In this document: piece by piece, positions 39,008 through 56,346 of the stretch
How the letters are laid out: each line of letters starts with the position of its first letter
Position numbering within the stretch: position 1 is the stretch's first letter
Source of the DNA: the human T2T-CHM13v2.0 reference genome, Homo sapiens
Assembly (NCBI RefSeq): GCF_009914755.1
Contig: NC_060940.1
Strand: one strand, 5' to 3'
DNA: 64,000 bases
Translations under genes and position numbers: made by a program
Notes under the pieces: generated by a model
The model's database searches: none
The model's input: only the letters and a program-made list of their open reading frames with translations
What the model was told of the DNA's origin: nothing

Positions 39008-39429
39008 TCACTTTGTTCTAACGTAAACACAGCATTCTGTGAGAACCAATGCCTGTAATTTAAATCAGCCCCTCTTGCGGACACTTGAGCTGTCCTCCTC
39101 GGGGTGGGTGTTCATTTCAAAGCTGCCTTAGGACAGGAAACAGGATCAGTGGAAACCTGCCCCTTCAGGGGCCCCCGGACCCCAGAGGAGACCCACGGGG
39201 CTATTTCTGGAGCTGCCTGCCCCAGAGTAACTCCAGCTAGAACTCTAGGCCTAAAGGGAAAACATTACCCAACTATCTCCAAGAACTAAAATTATTAATT
39301 TTCTAAAAACAGATTAATTCAGAAGTTATGGAAGATTATTTTTAATTTCAAATCCCCAAGTGGTAATAGGCATTTTGTTTACAGTACTGATACTTAACTG
39401 TTTGTGAGGATTTGATTAAGAAAGGGTAA

Positions 39430-39657
<228 letters not shown>

Positions 39658-40077
39658 TAATTTTTGTGTTTTCGTAGAGACGGGGTTTCGCCATGTTGGC
39701 CAGGCTGGTCTCAAACTCCTGACCTCAGGTGATCTGCCTGCCCGTGCTGGGATTACAGGCGTGAGCCACCGCGCCCGGCTTCTCCCCGTCTTCTTTATAC
39801 CAGCTTTGCTATGGTATGAACACAAATCCCTACCAAAATAAGTACACTTTTCCTCAGTCCAGAGAAGGATGTCCAACTCTAAAAAGTGTTTTTTTGTTTG
39901 TTTTTTTACGATAACCAACATGAAGGATCACATTGCACATATGTCTCTGTACCCACATACACGCATATGCAGGGGTGCTTTCAAAATATTCAACACAAAA
40001 TTGGACAAATGTAGAAGACACTTGAGACGGAAACCTTCCACAGTATGAGGTTTTTGTTTTTTGTTTTTTGTTTTTGA

Positions 40078-40727
<650 letters not shown>

Positions 40728-41861
40728 CCATGCCCGGCTAATTTTTGTATTTTTAGTAGAGATGGGTTTCACTATGTTGGCCAGGCTGGTCTCGAAATCC
40801 TGACCTTGTGATCTGTCCGCCTCAGCCTCCCAAAGTGCTGGGATTACGGGTGTGAGCCGTCGCGCCCAGCCCACAGTATGAGCTTTTAATCAGTAAACAA
40901 ATTTGGGAAAAGGTAATTAATTTGTGGAAAGGTTTTAAAAAATATATTAATTCTCATAATCAGTGACAAATTATTAGGACCACACTCCTGGAATGTGGCA
41001 ACAGAGAGGGAAATAACACTTATTAAGCACCTATAATGTGTGACACACAATACTAGGTATTGTTTCAAAAGTAATGATTCATAAGAATTTAGTCTTGCTT
41101 GAACCTGGGAGGTGGAGGTTGCAGTGAGCTGAGATTGTGCCACTGCACTCCAGCCTGGGCGACAGAGTGAGACTCCATCTCAAAAAAAAAAAAAAAAAAA
41201 AAAAAAGAATTTGGTTTATCCTTCATAGCTGTAACTACATAGGATGGCTGTAAGCATTTTTTCTTTTTTTTTTTCTTTAATAAAGATGGGGTGTTCCTAT
41301 GTTGACCAGGCTGGTCTCAAACTCTTGGCCTAAAGCGATCCTACCATCTTGGCCTCCCAAAGCGCTGGGATTACAGGCTTGAGCCACTGTGCCCAGCCAA
41401 GATAGCTATAAATGTTAAATGAGATCATTTTTTTCAGTGTCCCTAAAACAAGTTTCTATCAAAGTAACTAATAGTTATTATATTTGTTTCTCCGCTTGAA
41501 TGTCTCTGCTGATAAATGGGGAGATTGTTAAGTCTGTAAACAATTGCTGTTTGCCTGTCTGTACTCAGTGCATAGCCTGGTGACAGATATATAATATGTA
41601 ATAAATAAATGCAAATTTCATGTAATCAAGTACCCACGCTGGCACCTACCAAACGGTTTTCAATAAAATTATGTTTTTAAATTTATTTTAGGCTGGGTGC
41701 AGTGGCTCATGCCTGTAATCCCAGCACTTTGGGAACCTGAGGCAGGTGGATCACTTGAGGCCAGGAGTTTGAGACCAGCCTGGCCAACACAGTGCAACTG
41801 TTTCTACTGAAAATACAAAACTTTTGCTGGGTGTGGTGGCACATGCCTGTTATATCAGCTA

Positions 41862-41993
<132 letters not shown>

Positions 41994-42015
41994 TTATTTT
42001 ATTTTAATTTTTTGA

Positions 42016-42276
<261 letters not shown>

Positions 42277-43237
42277 TAAGCCACTGCACCCAGCCTATTT
42301 TATTTTTTGAGAGACAGGGTCTCACTATGTTGCCCAGGCTGGTCTCCTAGGCTCAAGTGATCCTCCCTTTTGTCCTCTCAAAGTGCTGGCATCACAGGTG
42401 TGAGACACCACGCCTGACCTAAAATTATGTTGTTAAATAAATTCTTTCAAAAAATTAACAACAAGTGGCTGGGCGTGGTAGTTCAAGACCAGCCTGGGAA
42501 ACCCCATTTCTACAAAAAAAATTTTTTTAATGAGCCGGGTATAGTGGTACAAGCCTATAATCTTAGCTACTCAGGAGGCTGAGGTGGGAGGCTTGCTTGA
42601 GCCTAGGAATTCAAGGCTGCAGTAAGCCATGATTGTGCCATTGCACTGCAGCCTGGGCAACAAAGCGAGACCACGTTTATAAAAAAAAAAAAAAAGAAGA
42701 AGAAGGAAAAGAAAGAAAAAGAGAGAAAGAGAAATAAGGTCCTTAGTTTGGGGATTTTCTATTGCCATAAATAAATAAACGTTTTTACAAAGAAATAAGA
42801 TCTTTACAGTTTGCAATGTTCCCCAATAGTTGCTGTTTTATTCTGTTCTGTTCCATTTCTTTAAAAAAAAAAAAAAAAAAAAAAAAAGAACAGCACCTCT
42901 GCACTCCAGCCTGGGTGACAGAGGAGAACTCTGTCTCTAAAGAAAGCTAAAATAAATAAACAAACAAAACAAAACATTGGACAAAACTCAGCAAAAGGTT
43001 TTCACAACTCCGTAGTGTGTCCTGGGCTACTATTTGAAAAACACCCAGTTCCAAGGTAATGAAATTTATTTTAAATCAATAATACCCTCCCTGCTTAACA
43101 AGTATATCCTCAGCTCAGAGTTTAGAGCACTGTCCAGGGTTTGGAAATACGAAGAAGTCCCCAACCAGCGACTCCAACCCTCCATCCCTTACAGCAGCTA
43201 AGCCAGGTGGGGAAGGTGGAATAGGTGGCTCACTCAC

Positions 43238-43483
43238 CTTGAAGTGGAAGGAGTTTGCCGGGGACCCGCTGGAGCTATACCGCTCACTTTTTGTTAGGTT
43301 GCTGTAGTACTTATTAACCTTGGAATTGACATTCTGGTTCGAGCTTGGGTCATCCGTGATGGGGCAGATGAAGTAACCTTCCTCATCGTCGCTGTCCCCA
43401 TCAGAATCACCATCATGGCCAGCTCGGGGGGACTGGCCGCCATCAACGCCTTCCAGGCGGAAGATGAGATCTTCGTCTGCCAT
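43238..43483 (-). CDS. EEF2K: eEF2K exon 2 coding part, aa 1-82 (exon spans 43238-43559, with 76 nt of UTR)
   Basis: AACATGG start; MADEDLIFRLEG...ANSFHFK; acceptor ttccttgtag|GAC; donor AAG|gtgagt. Confidence 0.98.
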
Positions 43484-44029
43484 GTTCCTGGGGTGCCCGT
43501 TTTACCCAAGCAGTATCCGGCACAGCCAGAGTTACTGGACAAATGCAGAGGCGAAGGTCCTACAAGGAAAGCAAGGGCCAGAGAGTGGGTGCTGGGGCCC
43601 AGGGCTGCGAATTCGCCCGACCCTCACCCCAAATGCTGCAGGCTATCGCAGGAGCTGGCACCCTTGGGGTAAAACCTAGAGCTATCTTTTGGGGAGGCAG
43701 TTGGCAGCACCCAGGCACATTTTAAATTCGAAACCCGCTGACCCAGTCGTCATTCCACTTTTAAGAACTCAGTGTTTGCAAATGTTGGAACCAGGTTGGG
43801 AAAGGAATGGCTTCTTAAGCAGAGTGCTCTTTTTAGCACATCAATTAGATCGAGGCACTCCTCTGCTTAACGCCCACCCCTGGCAGCTTCCTTTCACATT
43901 CATAATAAAATCCAAATGCCTTGGTAAGGCTGCAAGAGCTGCGTTCATCTAGCGTGCTGCCCACTTCTCCTCCGGCCCTGGCTGCTCTCCAGGTACACTG
44001 GGTTTCTTTCTGTTCTGTGAACACATTAA

Positions 44030-44461
<432 letters not shown>

Positions 44462-45469
44462 TGAACTTCTGACCCCAGGTGATCCTCCTGCCTGGGCCTC
44501 CCAAAGTGCTGGGATTACAGGCGTGAGCCACCACATCCGGACTTTTTTCTTTTTCTTTTCTTTTCTTTTTTTTTTTGAGACAGAATCTTGCTCTGTCATC
44601 CAGGCTGGAGTACAGTGGTGCAATCCTAGCTCACCTAGGTCACTGCTTGACCTCACAGGCCCAAGCAATCCTCCCACTCAAACCTCCCAAGTAGCTAGGA
44701 TCACAGGTGTATGCCACCAAGCCTGGCCAATTTTCTTTGTTTTTTGTAAAAACAGGGTCTCCCTATGTTGCCCAGACTGGTCTCAATCTCCTGGGCTCAA
44801 GTGATCCTCCTGCCTTGGCCTCCCAAAATGCTGGGATTACAGGCATGCTTCATTTCTTCATTGTGCTTTTCTCAAACTGAAATCACCCCGTTTACTTTGT
44901 TATTGTCTGTATGCCCAATACCTCCAAAAGTGTTTGGCACAGAGAAGGCACTCAATGCACTTTCCCAGAATGAAGGAGTGGCCCTAAAAGCATTTTTTGT
45001 TTGTTTGTTTTTCTTTGAGACAGAGTCTGGCTCTGTGGAGTGCAGTGGCATGATCTCGGCTCACTGCAACTTCCGCCTCCCGAGTTCAAGCAATTCTCCT
45101 GCCTCAGTCTCCTGAGTAGCTGGGATTACAGGCATCCACTACCACGCGCGGCTAATTTTTGTATTTTTAGTAGAGACGGGGTTTCACCATGTTGGCCAGG
45201 CTAGTCTTGGACTCCTGACCTCAGGTGATCCGCCTGCCTCGGCCTCCCAAAGTGCTGGGATTACAGATGTGAGCCACCACGCCTGGCCTAAAAGCACTTT
45301 CTGTAGCACAATCAGTAACAGCAACAAAACAAAACCCAACAACCCCAAATGTCCAATAGAAGCTCATTATACAGATTACAGTATTTCTCTCTACACCATG
45401 AAATACTCCGTGACTGTTAGAAAGGGGACGGTCCCATACCCACAAACACACAAAAATAATCAAGAAAGA

Positions 45470-46320
<851 letters not shown>

Positions 46321-46694
46321 CTATCTATCTGAGATGGAGTCTCACCCTGTCACCCAGGCTGGAGTGCAGTGGCACAATCTCGGCTCACTGTAACCTCCAC
46401 CCCCAGGTTCAAGTGATTCTCCTGCCTCAGCCTCCCAAATAGCTGGGACTACAGACACGCACCACTGTGCCCAGCTAATTTTTGTATTTTTTTTTTTTTT
46501 TTTTTTTTTTAGGGACGGGGTTTCACCATGTTGGCCAGGCTGTTCTCGAACTCCTGAACTTGTGATCTGCCCACCTCAGCCTCCCAAAGTGCTGGGATTA
46601 CAGGCATGAGCCACTGCTCCCAGCCAGAATCGTACATTTTAAATGAGCAGATTGTAAGGTATGTGAATTTTATCTCAAGAAAGCCAAAGTTTTA

Positions 46695-46880
<186 letters not shown>

Positions 46881-47101
46881 TCAGGTGGTTGAGGTGGGAA
46901 GATCACTTGAGCCCAGGAGGTTCAAGTGAGCCCAGAGGCTGCAGTGAGCTGAAATTGCACCACAACACTCCAGCCTGGGCAATACAGCAAGACCCTGTCT
47001 CCAAAAAAAGAAAAGAAAAGAAAAAGGACCTGTGTACATGCATGAAAACTTCCCTGAAAAATCCACAGGAACTGTACAGCACTCGAAATAAGCAGCTGTA
47101 G

Positions 47102-47414
<313 letters not shown>

Positions 47415-48461
47415 TGAGCCTGGCCAGCTTTTTAAAACTTTGTATGTTTCTATACTGCTTTAACTTTTTTACAAAGCTGGATTGCTTTAGACACAAAATA
47501 GTAAGTAAATTAGTTTAAAAATTTTTTTACATCAAACCAATAATTCCAATTTTTTTGACAGTGCTGTCCATCAGGTGCACAGTCTTCTAGAGCCAAGGCT
47601 TTGGTACTCTGGCTACCGAAGCAGGAAATATATTTATATCCTAACCCACTACATGCTTATAAAATGGACAGTAAAATTTCAAGAAATTGTGCTTAGCCTT
47701 ACTTTGTATAATGCGCTCTTGCTATTTTTTTTTTTTAAATGTTATTTTTAGAGACAGGTTGCCCTGGCTGGAGTGCAGTGGTGTGATCACAGCTCACTGT
47801 AGCCTCCAACAGCTGGGTTCAGGTGATCCTCCCGCCTCAGCCTCCAGAGCAGTCCATGCCACCATGCCCGGCTAAAGTTTTTTATTTTTGTACAGACAGA
47901 GTCTCACTATGTTGGCCAGGCTGGTCTTGAACTTCCAGCCTCAAGTGATCCTCCCACCTTGGCCTCCCAAAGCACTAGGATTACTGATGTGAGCCACTGT
48001 GTTTGGCCCACTCTTGCTATTTTCTATTCTACTTAAGTCCTCTGTTTTTTCTTTCTGTTTAATCTTTTTCCTTAACACACCACCCACACATTGATTTCTA
48101 TACTCACCGTTTGAAAACCAACGTGAACTACTGAGTTTGTTTCTTATCCTCTGGGCAAGACACAGTCACAGGCCTGGATCCAATGCCAGAGCCACCTGAT
48201 CCTGCTTGTCACCAGAATCTTCCCTGAGCCCTGGACTGGCCTCTCCTCACTGTCAGCTGCTCCCAGCCCCAGCGCCTACTCTGCCCTGGTCAGCCCTTGG
48301 CCAGAATCCCTGCTGACCAACACGGCGTGGTGCCAGGAGCTGCCAGCAGGCCCAGCCTAGTCAGCGGCCACTGGGGGCCAGGACAGTGCCAGGAGGAGGG
48401 CCAGAACCACAGCCCCAAGCTGCAGACCTCCAGACAGTGTAGTTCGGTGGTTAAAAGCTCA

Positions 48462-48602
<141 letters not shown>

Positions 48603-49057
48603 TTAGCCGGGCGTGGTGGTGTGTGCCTGTAGTCCCAGCTACTCAGGAGGCTGAAGTGGGAGGATCACTTGAATCTGGGGAGGCAGAGGCTGCAGTGAAT
48701 TGAGATTGTGCCACTGCCTGGGCAACAGAGCAAGACCTCATCTCAAATAAGCAAAAAACAAAAAAAAAAGCACGCTCAGATTCAGGATCTGGGCTGCTAG
48801 CGAGCAAATCTGGCTCCTTACCCAATTAATTCACGGAGCCGACTCCCTCATCTTACAGTGTGGGGAGCTCGGCCCTCGGCCATGTCCCACCACAGACCTG
48901 ACGTTCTCCTCGGCCCTGGGAAATGAAGACAAGCAGCTGTGACCCTGCCTGGCACAGCGCCTTGTACACAGCAGGCACTTGATATGCATTCCAGAGCTAA
49001 GTGAGTGTCATCTGTTTTATGGCTTTTGAGTTGTCATAAATTTGCTCTTAAGGCAGC

Positions 49058-49480
49058 TGTGGCAAACTATCCCCCAATAGCTGTTCACTCTTTCTTCCTT
49101 GATAAGAGAACCACCGGGTTTTGGCTAAGCATGTCACGTGGCCACTCAGGATACATTTCCCAGACTCCTTTGCAGATAGATATAAACATGTGAACAAGTT
49201 TTAGTCAATGGGATATAAGAAGGACTGTGTGCAACCATAGGGAAGGGTTCTTAAAGGGAGTGTGCCCCTTGGCTCTCCTTCCAACCTGCTGGCTGAAATG
49301 CACATGTGATTGCCGGAGCTCAAGCAGCTACCCTAGACCATGAGGCGGATGGCCCTGTGCTGAGGCTGGAAGAGCTATGAGACAAACAGAACCTGGGTCT
49401 CTTATACCATGGGACAGCATAACAATCCTGGATTCAGAAACTTCATACTCTGATAGCTAAACTTGTATAATCTACTGTAA
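49058..49480 (+). mobile_element. Old ERVL LTR (LTR33-like)
   Basis: tacatttcccagactcctttgcag...gtcaatgggatataag. Confidence 0.5.
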
Positions 49481-51435
49481 TTTTCTTTTTTCCTTTCTAC
49501 TTGCTAATTTTATTTGGTAACAGTAGCTCCTTCTCTCCCATATCATAAAAAGTCACATCCTCTTTTTTGTAAAGTTTTATTTTTTGAGAAAGGGTCTTGT
49601 TCTGCTGCCCAGGCTGGAGTAAAATTGTGCAATCAGAGCTCATTGCAGCCTTGATCTCTGGGCTCAAGTGATTCTCCTACCTCAGCCTCCTGAGTAGCTG
49701 GGACTACAGGTGTGTGTCACTATGCCCACCTAATTTTTTATTTTTGTAGAGACACAGTTTCACTATGTTGCCCAGGCTAGTCTCGAACTCCTGGCCTTAA
49801 GCAATCCTCCCACCTTGGCCTCCTGAAGTGTTGGGATGACAGGCGTGAGCCACTGCACCTGGCCTAAAGGTCACAACCTTTATGACAAATGGGTGCCTGG
49901 GCAGGGTCAACCTGGGAAAACTGTGGCCTCAATCCATAGTCCTAACTTGGCAGATACTCTTACATTTGCACATGAAGACTGGGTACCTGGAGGATGTTGG
50001 ATTTCCCCAAACAAGCAAGGAACCTTCCTTAGCCTTTAAGTCAGTTCCAGGAGGCCTGTTCTAACACCAGGCAAGATGCCCAGCCTCCTAGGGGTCTCTA
50101 TCTATCCTGGGGTTCCCTTGGCCCAAAGAAAGGATCTACTCCTGTGATAAGAATAGGACTCCAGCTGAAAGACATCAGGATTTTTCTTGAAAGCTTTCTC
50201 TACCTCACTCAGGCATCCACATCTTCTCCTCCCAGTCCCTATTTCTTTTCTTTTTTCTCTTTTTTTTTTTTTTTTTAATTTTTTTGTTTGAACTCCTGCC
50301 CTCAAGTGATCCACCCTCTTCGGCCTTCCAACGTGCTGGGGATTAAAGGCATGAGCCACTGCGCCCGGCCTCCAGTCCCTATTTCTATGGAAAGGTAGCT
50401 GAGTGAGTCAGGAAGACCCAGGTTCAAGCCCCATCTCTACCACTAACTGGCTATGTGACTTCACCTCTTGAGCCTCAGTGGGGATGCATAATTGTACTCA
50501 CTCCGTGAACTCAACAGCTATTATAAAGGGACTGAGCCTTGGGTCCCAGCCAGACTTGTGACCTGGACGTCTGGCTCGTAGCAAAGCCAAGCTTCTTCAG
50601 GGGTCCTCAGGGAATACACTATTTCAGTCTCTGGCGACGGAAACCACTGTCTCACTGGGTCTCGATCTGGCAGTTACAGGGGCAGGAAACTATGCCTGCA
50701 ATGCTCAGGTCAAGGCCTGCGGGTCAAGCCACAGTGGCCACTGGTCCCCCTCGGGGCTCACCCTCACCCCAGGACCTGCCTTCCTACCATAGAAAGCAGG
50801 TGGAATCTTCCCACCGCCACTCCTGGGAACCAGCATCCCAAAGCCAATAACGTGGCACCCCGAGCTGGCCAATGCACACACTAGTGTACGCCCAGCACAG
50901 CACAACCCACACGCCCTTGACTACAACCACAGTGGACACAGGTGATTGATCAGCCACCTGGAATCACGCACCAGCTTCTGTGTGAGGATCTGCCTCTGCC
51001 CCACCCTCGAGTCATGTGTTCAGGAGTGTGTCACAAGATCCAGGCCTAAACCAACCACTGGGGTGCCTGGCCACAGAGATTGGCTTAGAGGTGGTCATGT
51101 GATTACAGTCAAACTATTCTAGCCCATTGCAGCAAACCTGGGGCTTTTTGCTTGAGTGACTGGAAGAGGTGATCAGCCTTTTCATGCTGAATGTGAACTT
51201 GAGAATGGGGCTGAGGCCAACACAGAACAAAGCTGATACGTGGTGGAGGGCAGAACCAGAGAAAGAGAAAAATGAATAGCGATGATGTCATTTGAGACCT
51301 GGAATCCAGATGTTCCCGAAACCAAACTACCAAGCCCAGCGTAGATTTCTGAATCAGATGATACAATAAACCCCGCCTTTTGGGGGGCAGTAGGGGAAAG
51401 GGCTATTTAGCTAGTTACAGATAGGTTTTCTGTCA

Positions 51436-51784
<349 letters not shown>

Positions 51785-51963
51785 TTATATATAATTTTAA
51801 AAATGCTTTAAACACCTTTTTCTTACTAGGGCCACTGTATATGATCATATAGGTGGGGTACTGCTCAACTCTAGTGAACAACCTTTGCAACTTTGCACGG
51901 GCAGCCCTACTTCCCAACCCTAGAGGCAACTACTTCCAACTATTCTCAGTGTTATCCTTCGCA

Positions 51964-51996
<33 letters not shown>

Positions 51997-53173
51997 ATAT
52001 ATATCACTAAATAATACGCTTCCTGATTCTTTTTTTTTTTTTTTTTTTTTTTTGAGACAGGGTCTTGCTCTGTCACCCAGGCTGGAGTCCAGTGGCGCAA
52101 TCTTGGCTCACTGCAACCTCTGTTTCCTAGGCTCAAGTGATCCTCCCATATAAGCCGCCGGAGTAGCTGGGACCACAGGCACGCGTCACCATACCCAGCT
52201 AATTTTTGTATATTTTTGTTGAGATGGGATTTCACCATGTGCCCAGCTGGTCTCAAACTCCTGGACTCAAGGGATCCACCCATCTCAGCCTCCCAAAGGG
52301 CTGGGATTACAGGCATGAGCCACTGCACCCGGCCCTGATTATTTCTTAATTTATCTATTTTCATCCTATCTTCTGATTTCCAGGTATGATAAATGAGACT
52401 TTAGCTCTACTTCCCCTTACTACTTCCCTTCCCCACCCTATCCCTACACTGGTAGGTCTTCTTCTGGTTCCTTTATTTATTTATTACAGACGGCATCTTG
52501 CTGTGTTGCCTAGGCTAGTCTCAAGCCCCTGGTCTCAAGTGATCCTCCCGCGTCAACCTCCCAAAATGTTGAGATTACAGGCATGAGTCACAGTGCCCAG
52601 CCATCTGGTTCCTTTACATACCATGCCAAGGACACTGTCTTATTCCACCAACTAGAAGAAGCTGAGTTTCTCACAGTTTAACACGAATTCAGAGAAGGGA
52701 GAGTGTGGCTTTTGTGCTGTGAATGAGTGATAAGTAAGCAGAAGAGCTACTTATCTGCTTATCAACCTCAAAAGCTTATCAACCTCAAAAAGGCGTAATT
52801 TCTATGGAAATAAGAAAGACAAATAATGCACGTGAAAGACTGACTGCACACCAGGTGCTACACTGGACTCTCCTCTGACAATGACAGGAGCTGCTAGGTC
52901 CAGAAGTGACAGTCTACCTCTGAAAAGGCAACCTTAAGGGAGCGGAACTACACAGCGCTAGGCTGTTGAGGGCTGCACCTGGCTTGTTCTGAAGATATTT
53001 TAAACCCTAGCTGGAGTCCCGAGTTTCCTTCAAACAAGAAACAAAAACCAAAGCCCAATACAGTGGCTAACAGCTTGTCCTCTACAGCCGCATGGCCAGG
53101 GTTTGAATCCTGGGCCCCACCATTAGGAGCTGGGACCCTCTCCTAGACAATAGACTTGTCAGGTGGGCTGTGA

Positions 53174-53611
<438 letters not shown>

Positions 53612-53873
53612 TAAGTCAAGCATCAAGCTAAGAGTTCACATCAGTGTCTTAATGTCTGCACCCCTAGCATATAATGGGTGCTCATAAACATTTATTTAAA
53701 CTATTGAGAGAAATAGTACATCAGAATGAAAGGACCAATTTACAGAGTCCAGCCCATCCGTCCCTTCCTCCCTGCCATCTCAGCTTCCCAAGTTTCCAAG
53801 TCCAAGAATCAATCTCCATGCACCACCAAACTCTCCTCACCTCCTTGCCCTTGTATCTATCTGCAGGTGCCTC

Positions 53874-54419
53874 TGAGGCAGGCGAATAGGGTCTGGAGGC
53901 AGGGAACCTAAGGCTGATTCAGGCTGACTTCCTAGAACTAAATCAAAAGGAAAACCCCTACTTTCCAAGCCCAAGTAACAAAAGGACCAGAGGCTACTCC
54001 CTTTGCAACCCCCAACTTACCTGCGTGGCAGATGAAAAACTGAAGTTACCTCTGATTGGTCCCTTCCCACAGCCAATCAGGCTGGTGCTGGCCAAGTCCT
54101 CGTTTGTATAGGAGTCTTCATTTGTAACTTCACTTCAGCCTCTGATTGGTCGCATTCCACAACCTATCAGACTGATCCCAGGCCATTACTTCATTTACAT
54201 AGGGTGTACATCAAGTAACCAATGGGAAACCTCTAGAGGGTTTTTAAACCCCAGGCAATTCTGTAAGCAATCTGCTCAAGCCCACTCCCACCCTGTGGAG
54301 TGTACTTTTGTTTTCTGTAAATATTTGCTTTCGTTGCTTTCTTTCCTTGTTTTGTTCGTGTGTTTTGTCCAATTCTTTGCTCAAAATGCCAAGAACCTGG
54401 ACACCCTCCACCAGTAACA
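53874..54419 (+). mobile_element. MER51 solo LTR (ERV1)
   Basis: TGAGGCAGGCGAATAGGGTCTGGAGGCAGGGAACCTAAGG start, ...ccagtaACA end, 4-bp TSD CCTC on both sides. Confidence 0.88.
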
Positions 54420-54553
54420 CCTCTGCCTGGAATCCCTTTCCCACTCACTAGCAAAACCCTTTAATCTCTTCAAGACGCAGCTCAAATGTTGACCTCCTCC
54501 AGAAAGCCTTCCTTGTTTGTTTCTTTTGGGTTTGTTGTTGTTGTTGTTGCTGA

Positions 54554-54718
<165 letters not shown>

Positions 54719-55192
54719 TAGAGATGGGCGTCTCCCTACATTGCCCAGGCTGGTCTCTTTTCTTTTTTTTTTGAGACAGGGTCTCACTCTGTCACCCAGG
54801 CTGGAGTGCAATGGTGCAATCATGGCTCACGGCAGCCTCAGTCTCCCAAGCTCAAGTGATCCTCTTGCCTCTGAACTCCTGGCCTCAAGCGATCCTCTTG
54901 CCTCGACCTCCCAAAGTTGATTACATGCATGAGCTACTGCACCTGGCCTCCAGAAAGCCTTCCTTGGATAGTTCCCTCCTCTGTAAACAGGGGTCAGCTA
55001 ACAGTACCCCTGCAGGGGTTGTTCTGAGGATACAATGAGATTAGGCACATGGTGTCTGGGATAGACTTGACTCTCAAAAGTACTAGCTGCTGTTATGTCC
55101 CAATAATCCTCCAGTCCCCGACTCCCTAAATCACTTCGCTCCCTACAAACCCTCCACAAGCAAATTTCATTATAACCTGAGGCCAGACTGTC

Positions 55193-55674
55193 TGCGGCAG
55201 GCAGAAACATGGCTCCCCTAAGATGGCTACATCCTAATCCCTGGAACCTGTGAATATGTTACCTTATATGGCAAAAGGGACTTTGCAGATGTGATTAAGG
55301 ATCTTAAGATGGGAGACAGTCATGGATTATCCTGTGAGCCCAGTGTAATCACAAGGATCCTTATAAAAAGGAGGTAGAAGGGTCAGAGTTAGAGGAAGAG
55401 ATGTGACCAAAGACAGAAAGGTGTGAAGTTGCCACACTGCTGGCTTCAAAGATGGAAGGGAGGGGCCAGGAGCCCAAGGAATGAGGACAGCCCCTAGAAT
55501 CTGGAGAAGGCAAAGAAACCGATTTTCTCCTGGGGCCTCCAGAAGGAACACAGCCATGCTGACACCTAGATTTTAGAACTTCTGATCCCCAGGAACTATA
55601 AGATAATAAATGTGTTGTTTTAAAGCCACTAAGTAATTGCAGCAATTTGTTACAGCAGCAATTGGAAACTAACG
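55193..55674 (+). mobile_element. MLT1D MaLR solo LTR
   Basis: cctaatccctggaacctgtgaatatgttaccttatatggcaaaagggactttgcagatgtgattaag. Confidence 0.85.
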
Positions 55675-55687
55675 AAGTCCTGAAGAG

Positions 55688-55892
55688 CAGCTCTCAACCT
55701 TGGGCAATTTTGCTCCCTCAAGGGACATTTGGCAATGTCTAGAGACATTTTCAGTTGTTGAAACTCTAGGGGTGCAACTAGCATCTAGTGGATAGAGGCC
55801 AGGGATGCTGCCAAACATCCTAAAATAAACAGAACAGTCCCCTGCAGTGAAGAAGGTCCGGCCCAATGTCAGTGCCGAGGCTGAGAAACCCA
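55688..55892 (+). mobile_element. MER20 hAT DNA transposon
   Basis: gggacatttggcaatgtctagagacatttt...gaggccagggatgctgccaaacatcct...gctgagaaacc. Confidence 0.8.
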
Positions 55893-56043
55893 GCTCTAGA
55901 ATGAATCTGGTGGAATTTCTTTCTTTTGTTTTTTGAGATGGAGTCTCACTCTGTCGCCCAGGCTGGAGTGCAGCAACTACATCTTGGCTCACTGCAAACT
56001 CCATCTCCCAGGTTCAAGTGATTCTTGTGCCTCAGCCTCCTGA

Positions 56044-56346
<303 letters not shown>

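Noticed and set aside
43484-43559. Possible N-terminal extension of eEF2K from near-cognate starts in exon 1
   Set aside because: An in-frame TAA in the exon 2 UTR (GTC CAG TAA) closes that frame before the AUG.
50539-50850. 103-aa ORF in non-Alu sequence
   Set aside because: TTG start, no homology I recognise, no supporting splice structure; more likely non-coding unique sequence.
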